Origin: Chiloscyllium plagiosum
Taxonomy: Eukaryota
Assembly (NCBI RefSeq): GCF_004010195.1
Contig: NC_057718.1
Coordinates: 64,653,123-64,717,122, forward strand
Reading direction: 5' to 3'
Length of the DNA: 64,000 bases
In this document: in pieces, positions 27,271-39,455 of the stretch
Layout of the letters: the number at the start of each line of letters is the position of its first letter
How positions within the stretch are numbered: position 1 is the first letter of the stretch
Translations under genes and position numbers: made by a program
The notes under the pieces: model-generated
Told to the model about the DNA's origin: nothing
The model's input: only the letters and a program-made list of their open reading frames with translations
The model's database searches: none

Positions 27271-27289
27271 TCATTGTGAGGAAGAAAAA

Positions 27290-28500
27290 CTAAACACAAA
27301 GAATCTGTGGTGATTACTGGATAGTCAACACCAAGACTACAAAGACTCATAAACATTAATCTTTACCTAGGATTGAGGAAACATTGCAAGTTGTCAAAGG
27401 TGCAAAATATTTCTGCAGTTTTGATTTGACCTAATTTTACAATGGCCAATAGCCCAGCTACTCATTGCTCAATAATATATTGAAAAGAGGGTATTCTGAA
27501 GAGGCCATGAGGGACTTTAAAATACATAAGAAGGCCATTTGAGCTCTTCAGTGTCCCTTCCACTCTCATGCATGTGATGGACAAAGCTTTTGCTGATCTT
27601 AGTTTCCAATTTCCGGGTGTATCTGGACATGTGGGTAGGCCTTTGCAAGACGGACACCACCTTAGCCGAAATAATATCAAAACATTTCCTACGTTGAAAA
27701 TTTTAAATAAAAACAATAAGTGCTGGTTTTTCAGATGAGAAGAAGCCATTCTAGCCTCAAAACTGAAACTTTATTACAGTTTAACTTCAATGGCAAACCA
27801 GAGAATGGCTAACTTTTCGAGATAAAAGTACGTAACTTGAAGCACCTTGTTACCAAGGAAGGTATTCTCCTGATGATGAGAAAATCTGAGTAGTGAAGAA
27901 ATGGGCCTGGCCTAAGAGGAAGAGGGAACTGCATAGGTTCCTTGGTCTAGCTTCTTATTATGGAGGGTTTGTATGATGTTATGCACAGTTGGCTGCTGCA
28001 CACCAGAATGTGCTGAGGAACTCAGAGATTGCTGCAGGAATGGTTGGGGATGGATATAGAAGTGTGATACAACATACAGGGAGTTGGACCTCAGCACATA
28101 AAGAATCCTCTTGCATCCTCAAGCTGAAGCTTATCTCATTATCTGTCCTTGGCTTCACAGATTTCCAGCTCCCTTTCAGTTTGAAAACCGGTGCCAGTTT
28201 CCTTGGCCCACGAACCGTCCTGTCAAAGGTTCAAAAGGAGACTCAAGCCAAATGAGAGGAAGATGAAGTATTTCACCAGGATAAAACTGAAACTGCAAGC
28301 TCTGAGGGCTATTTCTCAGAAGTTCAGAAACACTCGGATTGGGATGAAGTTTGAAGCATTTACTACCCACTAAGCTATTTTCAAATATTCGCCAAGTTGT
28401 GAACAGCAGAGATGTATGGGCTGTTGAACTCACCCAGTTGCAATTTGCAGATTCAGTACAAGTCAGGCCAATGTGACATGAATTATGGCCACAGGAAGGA
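27290..28500 (+). mobile_element. degenerate Gypsy-like pol (RT/RNase H) remnant
   Basis: AKYFCSFDL; LKLKLISLSVLGFTDFQLPFSLKTGAS.LG..VLS; KLKLQAL.AISQKFR. Confidence 0.65.
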
Positions 28501-28547
28501 ACCTATGCCCACCTGGCCACAGGGTGCATGACTGAAGCCATGCTCAT

Positions 28548-29177
28548 TGTTATGGACCAGGCCCGGCTCCTCAAAACATTTCAAGGAAGTAGCCCAGACC
28601 CTAGCATTGCTGGTTGTTTTAAGCATGTATGAAGTGGATATTCCAGGAGAGAATCAGCTGGTCAAACCACTTAGGTTTACACAGTTCAGAATTTATTTAC
28701 AAGATTGCTGAATGAAACACAAACAATAGAAAACAGAATACCAAATAATTTAACCCCCTTGAAAACCCAACAAATCATCCCAACTTAATGATACTGTTCC
28801 AAATACTTGAAACAATCCCCATAAACACCCCTTGGCACAAAAAGTAAAACCAAACACAGGTTCTTACAAGATTGAAGTCAGAGCGAGAGTACCAGCCTGG
28901 ACCTGCTTCTTTGAGTCCAGCAGCTTGTTTCCACACAGCTTTAAAAACCAAACCAGAGAAAAGCTGAGCTGGGATAACTGGCCACTCCCCTTTCATTGTA
29001 CAAGCTTTTTTATTTAAAACCTGAAAGAATTCTCCGTCAGGCAGTATCTGTTAACTATTATCAAATCGGCCCTAAAGCCCTTCACCTCCAGACTTTTCAG
29101 AGTCTGTGTTGTTTACAACCTCTTTGATAAAAAGGCCAAGGACAGCATAACCTTGCTAAAGGAGCAGCACCGTCACA
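28548..29177. mobile_element. solo LTR (630 bp, TG...CA)
   Basis: TGTTAT...GTCACA termini, flanks TCAT/CCAT (4-bp TSD, 1 mismatch). Homologous to LTR 54545-55138. Confidence 0.85.
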
Positions 29178-29277
29178 CCATGTTCTAAGTCAAAGGCAGC
29201 ATTCTGTGCCTGATGCCGCATGACATTCAAAATAAATTGCAGCGAAGTGTCAATGATGTACTTCTGAAAGAGACCCA

Positions 29278-29477
29278 AACCAGACTCAAGACAGGTAGGC
29301 AGGAGGCTGGAAGAACACAGCAAGCCAGGTAGCATCAGGAGGTTTAGAAGTCAATGTTTTGGATGTAACCCTTCTTCAGGACTGGTGTTGGGTGTAGGGG
29401 GAGCTGCAGATAAAGGGAGAGGTGGGGGTAGTTTGGTGAAGAGGGGATAGGTGAAGACAGGTGGAGGGTATGACCTG
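29278..29477 (-). mobile_element. Penelope terminal repeat variant with degenerate hammerhead
   Basis: Minus strand agtc-CTGAAGA-a-gggt-tac-atcc-AAAA-c-att-gact at 29383-29349. Confidence 0.7.
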
Positions 29478-29654
29478 CCAGGCGTGTTTTCATCTTTACT
29501 AACAATCTTGAAAGAGGACCACGTAGTGCTTCACCTGTTTGATGATAACATCAATTGTCTGCAATATTACTTGAAAACCCAACATTCATCAACAACACCA
29601 GCAGTTGAAAGATTCTAAAGCTATGAAGAAACTGCTGATGGACTAGAAGATCAG

Positions 29655-30210
29655 GGTGGAATAGTTTGTCCAGTTCTGGTTGCCCAGTTTTAGGAAGGAT
29701 ATTACCAAGTTGGAGAGGATTCAGAAGAGATTTACCAGGACATTGCTAGATATGGAAGCTTTTGAGTTATAAAGAAAGAATGAATAGGCTGGGACTTGTT
29801 TCACTGGAGTGTAGGAGATTGAGAGGTGACCTGATAGAAGTTTACAAAATAATGAGAGGTATAGATAGAGTTGATGGTAGGCATTTGTTTTCCCTAAGAT
29901 GGGGAATTTCAAGACTTGGGAGAGGGGTGGGGGACACATTTTTAAGGTGAGAGGAGAGAAATTTAAAAAAGATATCAAAGGCAAATGTTTTATACAAAGG
30001 CTGGTTCACATGTAGAATGAATCTCCTGAGGAGGTGGTGGATGTGAGTACAACGACAACCTTTAAAAGGCATTTGGATGGATACATGAATAGGAAAGGTT
30101 TGGAGGGATATGGGCCGGGACCAAGCAGGCGGGACTAGTTTAGTTTGGGATTATGTTCAGCATGAACTGGTTGGACCGAAGGGTCTGTTTCCATGCTGTA
30201 TGGCTCTGTC
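29655..30210 (+). mobile_element. CR1 LINE 3' end
   Basis: LERIQKRFTR, RLRGDLIEVYKIMRG and 3' UTR. Confidence 0.88.
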
Positions 30211-30274
30211 AGAAAGGTGAAGCAAGTCATCCTTCTTGACAGCCTCAGGTGGTGGTAGCTGCTCAGAATAATTA

Positions 30275-30672
30275 GGAGGAGAAAGTGAGGTCTGCAGATG
30301 CTGGAGATCAGAGCTGAAAATGTGTCGCTGGAAAAGCGCAGCAGGTCAGGCAGCATCCAGGGAACAGGAGAATCGACGTTTCGGGCATAAGCCCTTCTTC
30401 AGGAATGAGGAAACCACCTTCCTAACCTGCAATCTTCTTCCTGACCTCTCTGCCCCCACCCCAGTCTGACCTATCACCCTCACCTTGACCTCCTTCCACC
30501 TATCGCATTTCCAACGCCCCTCCCCCAAGTCCCTCCTCCCTACCTTTTATCTTAGCCTGCTGGGCACACTTTCCTCATTCCTGAAGAAGGGCTTATGCCC
30601 GAAACGTCAATTCTCCTGTTCCCTGGATGCTGCCTGACCTGCTGCGCTTTTCCAGCGACACATTTTCAGCTC
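30275..30672. mobile_element. Penelope inverted terminal-repeat insertion with two opposed hammerhead cores
   Basis: TSD GCTCA(G/C)AATAATTA at 30261-30274 and 30669-30682. Hammerhead cores at 30581-30608 (+) and 30402-30375 (-). Confidence 0.9.
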
Positions 30673-31339
30673 ACAATAATTACCCTGACTAGAGAAGGAC
30701 GGTACTGGCTCAACTTAGCTGCTGATATTGTCGATTGCTGTTGCAATCGTGAGAAGTGTACTTTGGCCAAAGCAAGGAAGTGACTTCACTCCAGCGGGGA
30801 ATCTCTCATCATCAAGAGACCTCGAGAGATTCTTGTCACAGATTTTACAGTTCTTAATCTCTGTAGTAACAGAACTGAGCACATTCTCATACTCACAGAT
30901 ATTTTCACCAAGTTCAAGCCGGTCATTCCTACCTGAGACCTAAAGGCCTCAACTCTCAGCCAGAGTGTGAGTGCATGACTGATTTGTTTGTTTCTGTGTT
31001 CCATGTTGGATTTGCAGTGATCAGGAAAGCAAGCTTGAGAGCAAGGAACTTTGTAAAGCCTGTGACATTGCTAAAAGCCCATATCCACGATCATAATGGA
31101 CAATGTGAATGATTCAACCATATTCTGCATGACTGCCTGGGCAACTTGCCTCTCTACAGTGAATGAAAGTGGCCTGAGTACCTTCCAGAACTGGTTTATG
31201 TTTATAATAAAACCCTCACACTCATACACAAGCTATTCTCCACTCTTATTTGTGGTGAGACCAATCATTCCTGTGGACCATTTCCTTGGGCTCACCATGT
31301 CTTCTGATAGGGTGTGACCAGGTCTGTTTTTAAAATTAA

Positions 31340-31630
31340 ATTATGGGATAAGGGGGTCACTGGCTAGGCCAGCATTTATTGCCTATCTCTTATCTGCCCA
31401 GAGGGCAGTTCAGAGTCAACCGCATTGCTGTGGGTCAGGAGTCACATGTAAGATGGTAATTTTCTTTCCTGAAGGACAATAGTAAACCACCTGGATTTTT
31501 CTGACAATCATCAGACTTTTAATCCCAGATATTTATTGAATCACATTTCACCATCTGCCATGGCAGGATTCGAACTGAGGTCCCCGGAATACTACCTGGG
31601 TCTTTGATTTAACAGTCCAGTGATAATACC
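31340..31630 (-). mobile_element. SINE, SacSINE1/DeuSINE-like
   Basis: tRNA-like head on the minus strand (cagttcgaatcc) and a tail shared with the CR1/L2-group LINE. Related copies at ~40000-40300 and 48265-48570. Confidence 0.55.
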
Positions 31631-32369
31631 ATAACAGCTGAGCATCATATAAAGATAAGCTAAGTATTCAAGATGATGTCCATGAGCACAAACAGAGAGA
31701 TAACCTGAAAAGAGAAAATTTTGATTGATGGATTACAAAGCCGACAGGACTGACAGTTAAATTGGTTCAAGGGTATTTCGCAAAACCTGAATGTCAGGGT
31801 CAGAATCAGACACAGGTTGTATGGGACCCTGAACCCCACCGAATCTTCAAGCAGCTGGATACAGATGCACACCTATTTTGTGAACCAATAGTTTGGGAAA
31901 GCCTCAGAAAACAGTTCACTCAGGGGAGGTGTGAGAAGTCAAGATGATGTTGAGGAAGCACTCACTCAACAGTGTTGTGGAACCTGAAGTGTTAGTGCTT
32001 TGTTCGCCCAGTGTAGTGGAGTCAGATAATGATGTGGAATCCTGGAATAAGCCATATGCTGTGAATCCAAGGGATGGATCTGGACTATCAACCAAGGACT
32101 AACGATTATATAACCTCTGGAATGTGATTGGCTTAGACCCCACTGTGGGTGATCTGCCACAGATCCTGGATCAGTTGGAAGGTAACAGTAGAGATAAGAG
32201 GCTGAGAAGATCTTCTCAAGCAAATAATGGATATCACCCTAACACGTACCATTTGCCCAGACTGACAAGACAAGAAGAGAATACTACCATCACTGTGGAC
32301 TCAAAGCATTCTAGCCATTGTGGTACATTTGAACCTGTGAATCATATAACTGCTTAGCACATAGTTACT

Positions 32370-33690
32370 GTAAAACACTAGGGTCTGTTATAAATGATAG
32401 ATATCAGAGCACTTATAAAATACCAGCAATGGTACATCCAGTCAGTTGGATATATGAATGGGAAGTAATGTTTGCAAAATCTACTGGAGTATTTTGATGA
32501 TGTTAACTAGTAGAATAGATATAGGAGGACCAGTAGAATTAGTGCATTTGGATCTTCATGTTTTTGGTAAAGTCCTACCTAAGACATTAGTGTGCATGAT
32601 TAAAGCATATGGAATTGGGGGTAATGTACTTGCATGGATGGGGAATCGGTTAGCAGATAGAAAACACAGAGTAGGAATAAATTGATTGCAGTGTAGTGAC
32701 CAAGATACCACAGTGATCAGTGCTTTGGCCCTAAGTATTCACAATACATATCAATAATTTAAATGAGGAAGTTAAACGTAAGATTTTCAGTTTTGCTGAT
32801 GGCACAAAACTAAGGTGAATTGTGAAGAAGGAGGCAATAAATAGGTTTCAGGCATTTAGACAAGTTGGGTGAGTGGATAAATATATGGCAGATGCAGTAT
32901 AATGTGGATTAATGTGGATACATATGGAATTGTGGGAGGGAAACAGAATGGCAGAATTCTATTTAAATTGCAATAAATTGAAAAAATGTTAATGTATGAA
33001 ATAACCTGGGTGTCCTTAATCATTGGTCACTGAAAGCCAATTATGTTGGTACAGCGAACAGTTAGGAAAGCAAATGTTGGGCTTCTTTGCAGTAGGATTT
33101 GAGTACAGGAGCAGGGAAGTCATAATGCAGCTGTACATGGCCTTGGTGCGATTGTATCTGGAGTACTGTGCATAGTTTTGCTCCCCTTACCTAAGGAAAG
33201 ATAGACTTGAGAAAGTTCAGCAAAAGTTCACCAGATTAATTCCTGGAATGGCAAGTCTGTCCTAGAAAGAAACACCAGGTAGGCTAGGCCTGTTTTTGCT
33301 GCATTTTGGGAGAATGAGAGGGGACCTCATTGAAACAGATAAAATTCTGACAGCACTGGACTAACTAGATCCAGGAAGGATGCTCCCCTGGCTGGAACAT
33401 CTAGAACAAATGGTCACAGTCTTAGGGTATAGGGTAGACCACTTTGAATTGAGATGCAGACAAATTTCTTCACCCAGAGGTAGTTAAACAGTGGAGTTCT
33501 CTGTCACACAAGGTGGTGGAGGCCCAGTTACTGAGTATTAAGAAAAAAATAGATAAAAGCATCCAGAGATTTGGGGTGAGAATGGGAATATGGAGTTGCA
33601 ATGAAGGATTAATCATGATCATACTGAATGATGGAGCGAGCTTGATGGACCACAAAGCCTACTCCTTGTTCTGTTTTCCATGTTTCTATA
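32370..33690 (+). mobile_element. degenerate CR1 LINE RT plus 3' UTR
   Basis: IKAYGIGGNVLAW, FADGTKL and 3' UTR. Confidence 0.8.
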
Positions 33691-33760
33691 AGATAACCAA
33701 ATCTCAGAACTGCAAATTAATAAAGATTCTTTATTGTAAAACAAATACCATACAAATGTC

Positions 33761-33970
33761 TGAAACAAACCAAAAACAGAAATTGTTGGAGAGACTCAGC
33801 AGGTCTGACAGCTTTTGTGAAGCAGCAGAAACTGCAGTTCTGAAGGGGGGGGGTCATTGAATTTGAAACATTAGCTCTGTCTCCTCTTGACAGATATTGA
33901 AACCTGCGGAGTTTCTCCAGCAATTTCGGTTTTATCTGTTTCAGATCTGCTGTTCTTTGTTTTGTTTTAG
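33761..33970. mobile_element. old palindromic Penelope-terminus insertion
   Basis: TSD CATACAAATGTC at 33749-33760 and 33971-33982; degenerate inverted arms. Confidence 0.75.
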
Positions 33971-34023
33971 CATACAAATGTCAATGAACCATTCCATTTT
34001 ATTTCCAACAATACACATCTTAT

Positions 34024-34256
34024 AAACAAAAATGGAAATTGCTGGAAAAGCTCAGCAGGCCTGGCAGCATCAGTGAACAGACATCAGAACCAACATTTCA
34101 GGTTGAGTGATCCTTCCTCATTCTGAATGAGGGAGGGTCACCTGACCCAAGACATTAACTCTGATTTCTCTCCACAGATGCTGCCAGATCTACTGAGATT
34201 TTCCAGCAACTTCTATTTTGTTTCTGATTTACAGCATCTGCGGTTCTTTCAGTTTT
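34024..34256. mobile_element. old palindromic Penelope-terminus insertion
   Basis: TSD AATA(C/T)ACATCTTAT at 34010-34023 and 34257-34270; inverted arms around ~34120. Confidence 0.78.
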
Positions 34257-35340
34257 AATATACATCTTATGCTGTTTCCTTTAATTTCAAGTTGCAGACA
34301 CTGTTAGCTTTGATTCTATTTAATTTCAAACATTACTCACGTCAGCAATCAGTCAGGAGGATATACATGTATTCCCATCTGTTCAAATCGTCAGATCCTT
34401 CAGCTTTTCACGTGCAAGTTACCAAAGAATGCAAAAATGAGCTCTTCTTGTAATATAAAGATCACTCATGTAATAACAGATTGACACAAACCTACCACTC
34501 CCTACTTTGATCTTGATTTGATCACCACTCATCCAAGGTTAGTGAATAGTGCATTCTCACGCAAGGAAATCTTACTCTGTTTGGTGTTGATCCGTTGGAG
34601 ACCAGAAATCTGCCCAGGCCCATGCAAAGGATGTGCCCCTGTTCTTGGCCAAAAATGACATGGTCAACAGGCAGGGGGACATCACGCAGGCAGGTAGGAA
34701 TGTAAGATGGAGCAGTCCACAATACTCTCACTATTGTGGTGCCTTCAACATGCAAGCACTCACTGTCTACAAAGAAAGGCTACCTTGGTGCTGAAGAATG
34801 TCTGCTGCATATACACCAGACCTGTACTCCATTCCTTTAGCCATGGGAGCACAGCATCAATGGCAAGGTGAAAGGGGAATAACAACTGATTCTTTGTATT
34901 GACTAAATTAATGACCAGCAACATCTGAGAGTGTTGGAAATGAATAAGACACAAGGCAGAAGTCTGGATGCTAACTGGGCAAATGAACTTAAAACTTGCA
35001 AATAGAACTATCCAACCAGCTTGGTAATCCCGGAGACATCCTGCTCTCTGGTTACCTCTGACTTTTTAGGGTCCCTGGACCATTATCCTTCATTCCTCTC
35101 AATGATGCACCTCATGGACCATATCAAGATCATTATCCTCAGAGAATACCTGTCTCTCCTGCATCTCTGCCTCATTTAATGCAGTGCCCCTTTGATGGCT
35201 CAGTTTTGTAGAGTGCACCAAAAACAATAGGGAAACCCTGTCTGGACATCATTATATGGCTCCATCTGACTGGTACAGGCAATATAACTTGATCTTTAGG
35301 AGGCCTGCTCCACAACTTTGTCACACCCTTGTCAAAGTGT

Positions 35341-35455
35341 AAGAGCAAGTGAGGACTGTAGATGCTGGAGAGATGGGCTTATGCCCGAAAGGTCGATTCT
35401 CTTGCTCCTCGGATGCTGCCTCACCTGCTATGCTTTTCCAGCTCCACACTTTTCG
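35341..35455. mobile_element. short Penelope-terminus insertion
   Basis: TSD ACCCTTGTCAAAG(T/C)GT at 35325-35340 and 35456-35471. Confidence 0.75.
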
Positions 35456-37860
35456 ACCCTTGTCAAAGCGTGGACAATGTTGTTGAACACTTGCTCCATG
35501 GCATTCTGACAATTTCTAAGAAACACCATGAGACAGGCTTGGAGGGGATAACCCTTGTCACCCAAAACTGACTGACTCTACCCTCTCCTCATCAGACCTT
35601 TCTTCCATTTGACTTTCACATCACCATTCACTTCAAGGACATTTGTATGGATGCTGGCACATGTTGCACCTCAGACAAAGATGTAACACTGTGCCATTGG
35701 GTAACATGCCCAACCCAGTTAGGATTTAAACATGTGCATTTCACTGTTTCCAACAGCCACAAGCTTCCTGACCCCCCATCTCTCCACAACAAACCAGCAT
35801 TTGTGAGAAATAAACTTCCTACCTGTCCGTCTCTGCTGAAGCAATAGCTAACAGTCAGAACAAGCCGACTGAACTTGTCCTTTAGAGCTTCCTCAAATCT
35901 AAGACCCTTGTCAATAAAAAGGAACCTGATGTTTTGAAACTGATGTATTGTAGTTGCGCAGTTGTGCAAATAGAGGGTTCAGGGAGACCATTGCCATTCA
36001 CCAAGAAGACACTTGTTGCAGTTGAAGCAATAAGTTCTGTGTAAAGCAAAGAAAAGGAAAATGGCCACACAGCCACAGACTCATCCTGACTCACCTCTGA
36101 AGATTAAGCTTGGCAGGTCCAGGCTCTGTTTTTGCCATTTAATTTTTTTAAGTGTTGAGTTTCTCAACTGGGGATAGCTTAATCAGGAAAAGGGATCAAC
36201 CGGGCAAGTACAATTAATCACATGCAAGTATGTGCCAATAGGATTCGCACCACTTTGATCTTGCCATGTAAGAAGGGAAAGTTTAATTACAGATGGCAAG
36301 AATGTGATTTTTGGATCCTGGATCGATTAAATCATCAGCTTTTCCACTATGCTTGCCACAGGAGGGGAAAGTCACATTGTGTGCCTTTGTACAAATAATT
36401 ACCTTTCAACTCATGTTGTTTTAGAAGTTAAGCTGGACGTCTCATTGATTTTTGAAACAAATTGAGATAAGATGATTGTTTAATTTCTTAAAATTTCATT
36501 TACTAAACAGTATAACTTTGAATGTTAGTTTACTTTACGTTAAATATGTTCTTGCTGCAGGGGTGGCTGTATCCTTAGTACACTGTCTTTTGTTTCTATT
36601 AAAAATTGTAATAACTCATAAATGCATTCTGTCCATCTAAATTGAGAATATACTGTGCTTGAGCTGATACATGACTGATATATAAAATCGTAAATTATAG
36701 TTGGCAAAGTAATAGTTCTGTCATGTCCAGTTGAATTTATCAAAACAAATATTTTTATTAGTGTGTAATGTTAAAAAATGATTAATCAGAGGAAATTTGT
36801 AGGTGCAGACTTGAAATGTTTTCTATTTAACTGGGCACATTATTTATATGTTCCAATGTTTGTGCACACTTTAATTCCTTTGCTTTATTTCCATATCCAT
36901 GTGACAACTCTAGCTCAATCCCAGCAGAAATCAATCTCAAGCAGATGGGTGAGGGCAGAAATTCAGCTGGCAGGAGGCCAAAAGCCAGGAGTGTCAATTG
37001 GTGAATATTGACTGAAGCAATGGTTGGGTAAAGGATTATAGGGACAGTTGTGATGGGGCACAAGCCTAGAATGAGGTTTCTAAATGGGGCCTAACGATGC
37101 ATCTTCTGTCCAAAAATCAAATCCAGCTTGATTCAAACGATATCACCATTCCTTCACTGTCACTGGGCAAAATCTTGAAATACTCTCCCTAATGACAATC
37201 TGAGTATCCCTACATCCCAAGGACTCCAGCCCAAATTTTAAGAACATTCCTCCTTGGGCTCTTGCTGCAACAAATCCTTGTGTACCCACTATTTTAAGAT
37301 CAGGGTTGAAATAGTAGTGAGTAACACCCCACTCCTTTATATTTGCACAGTCTTCTACTTTTATTCATTCAATTGATATGGGTGTCACTGGCTAGGCCAG
37401 CATGTATTGCCCATCCCTATTTGCCCTAAAAAAGATGGTTGTCAGCTGCGTTCTTGAATTGTCACAATCCTTGGGAGGTAGGGGATACTCACATTTCCAT
37501 TAGAGAGGGTATTTCAGGATTTGGCCCAGCCGCAATGTAGGGATGGCAATATGGTTTCAGTTCAGGATGGTGTGTGACTTGGGAGATTGTGGTGCTCCAA
37601 CACATCTGCTGCCCTTGTCCTTCTAAGTCGTAGAGGTTATGGATATGTGACATGCTGTCAGGGGAGTCTTAGTAAGTTATTGCAAAGCATTTTGTAGGTG
37701 GTACACACTCCTGATTCTATGCATCAGTGGTGAAGGAGAGAATGCTGAATGTGGTGGCTGGGGTGCCAATCAAGTGGGCTGTTTGGTCTTGGAAGGTATC
37801 ACATTTCTTCAGTATTATTAAAATTGCACTCATTCAAACAAATGGAGAATATGTGTAAAT

Positions 37861-38066
37861 AGCTAAAAATGTGTTGCTGGTAAAGCGCAGCAGGTCAGGC
37901 AGCATCCAAGGAGCAGGAGAATTGATGTTTTGGACATGAGCCCTTCTTCAGGATCATGCCCGAAATGTTGATTCTCCTGCTCCTTGGATGCTGCCTGACC
38001 TGCTGCGCTTTTCCAGCAACACATTTTCAGCTCTGATCTCCAGCATCTGCAGCCCTCACTTTCTCC
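37861..38066. mobile_element. palindromic Penelope-terminus insertion
   Basis: TSD TGTGTAA(A/C)TAGCTA at 37852-37865 and 38067-38080. Confidence 0.85.
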
Positions 38067-38296
38067 TGTGTAACTAGCTAGTGTAGTTTAGTTTCTGGTC
38101 AATGGTAATCTCTAGGATGTTGATATTGAGTGAGTTAGTAATGGCATTGTTACTGAATGGCAAGGGGCTTTGGGTATTTCTGTCTTTTTGGAGTTGGCCA
38201 TTGCCTGACATTTGTATGGAACAAATATTACTTGGCACTTTTTCAACCTAAACCTAGATATTGTCCAGATCATACTACATATGTTCACAGTGTCAA

Positions 38297-39455
38297 GAGT
38301 GTGTTTTTGGGAAAACACAGCAGGTCAGGCAGCATCTAAAGAGCAGGAGAATCAACGTTTCAGGCATAAGCCCTTCAACAGGAATGAGGCTTGTGGGTCG
38401 GGCTGAGAGATAAATGGGAGTGGAGTGGGGTTGGGAAGGTAGCTGAGAAAGCGATAGGTGGATGAAGATGAGGGAGAAGGTGATAGGTCAGAGGGGGGAG
38501 TGATGGACATGTCTGGAGGGTGGTGCCAAGTTGAAGGCTTGGGACTAGGATAATGTGGGGGGAAGGGAAATGAAAGAGCTGTTGAAATCCACATTTTTTC
38601 CGTGTGGTTACCAGGACCCAAGGCGAAATATGAGGCGTTCTTCCTCCAGGCATCGGGTGGTAATGGTTTTGCGGTGGAGGAGGTCCAGGACCTGCATGTC
38701 CTTGATGGAGAGGGAGGGGGAGTTGAAGTGTTCAACCACAGGGCAGTGGGGTTGGTGGCTGAGGGTGTCCCAGAGATGTTTTCTGAAACAATCCACAAGA
38801 AGGCGTCCTGTCTCCCCAATGTAGAGGAGACCACATTGGATGCAACGGATGCAGTAGATGACATTTGTAGAGGTACAGGTAAATTTCTGATGGATGTGGA
38901 AGGATCCCTTGGGGCCTTGGACGGAGCTGAGGGGATTGGTGTTGGCGCAGGTTTTGCACTTCCTTTGGAGGCAGGGAATGGTGCCGGGAGTGGGCTGTGG
39001 GTTGGTGTGGAGTGTGGATCTGATGTGGGAGTTGCGGAGAGAATGGTCTCTCCGGAACGCTAATAGGGGTAGGGAGGGAAATATATCTTTGGTGGTGGGG
39101 TCCGTGTGGAGGTGGCGGAAGTGGGGAGGTAGCGGAGGATTTTGTGCTTTGTGCGGAGGTTGGTGGGGTGGAAGGTGAGGACGGGGGGTTCTGTCCTTGT
39201 TGCGTTGAGTGGCGTTGGGTTCAAGGGCAGTGGTGCATTAAGTGGAGGAGATGTGCTAGAGGGCATTGTCAACCATAAAGGAAGGGAAGTTACGAACATG
39301 GAAGAAGGAGTTCATCTGGAACATTCTGAGGTGGAATTGGTCATCCTAGGAACAGATGCAGTGGTGGCGGAGGATGTGGGAATAAGGGATGGTGTTGTTA
39401 CAGGAGGTAATGTGGGAGGAAGTGTAGTCTAGGCAGCTGTGGGAGTCGGTGGGCT
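38297..39455 (-). mobile_element. Penelope (Neptune-type) 3' fragment with GIY-YIG endonuclease and terminal repeat
   Basis: PVLTFHPTNL, FRKHLWD, VVEHFNSPS, RCLEEERLIFRLG, followed by the terminal repeat. Confidence 0.88.

Noticed and set aside
34350..36320. Possible Harbinger-like remnant (also 1090-1700 and 2080-2500)
   Set aside because: Too degenerate; I could not identify catalytic motifs, terminal repeats or a TSD.
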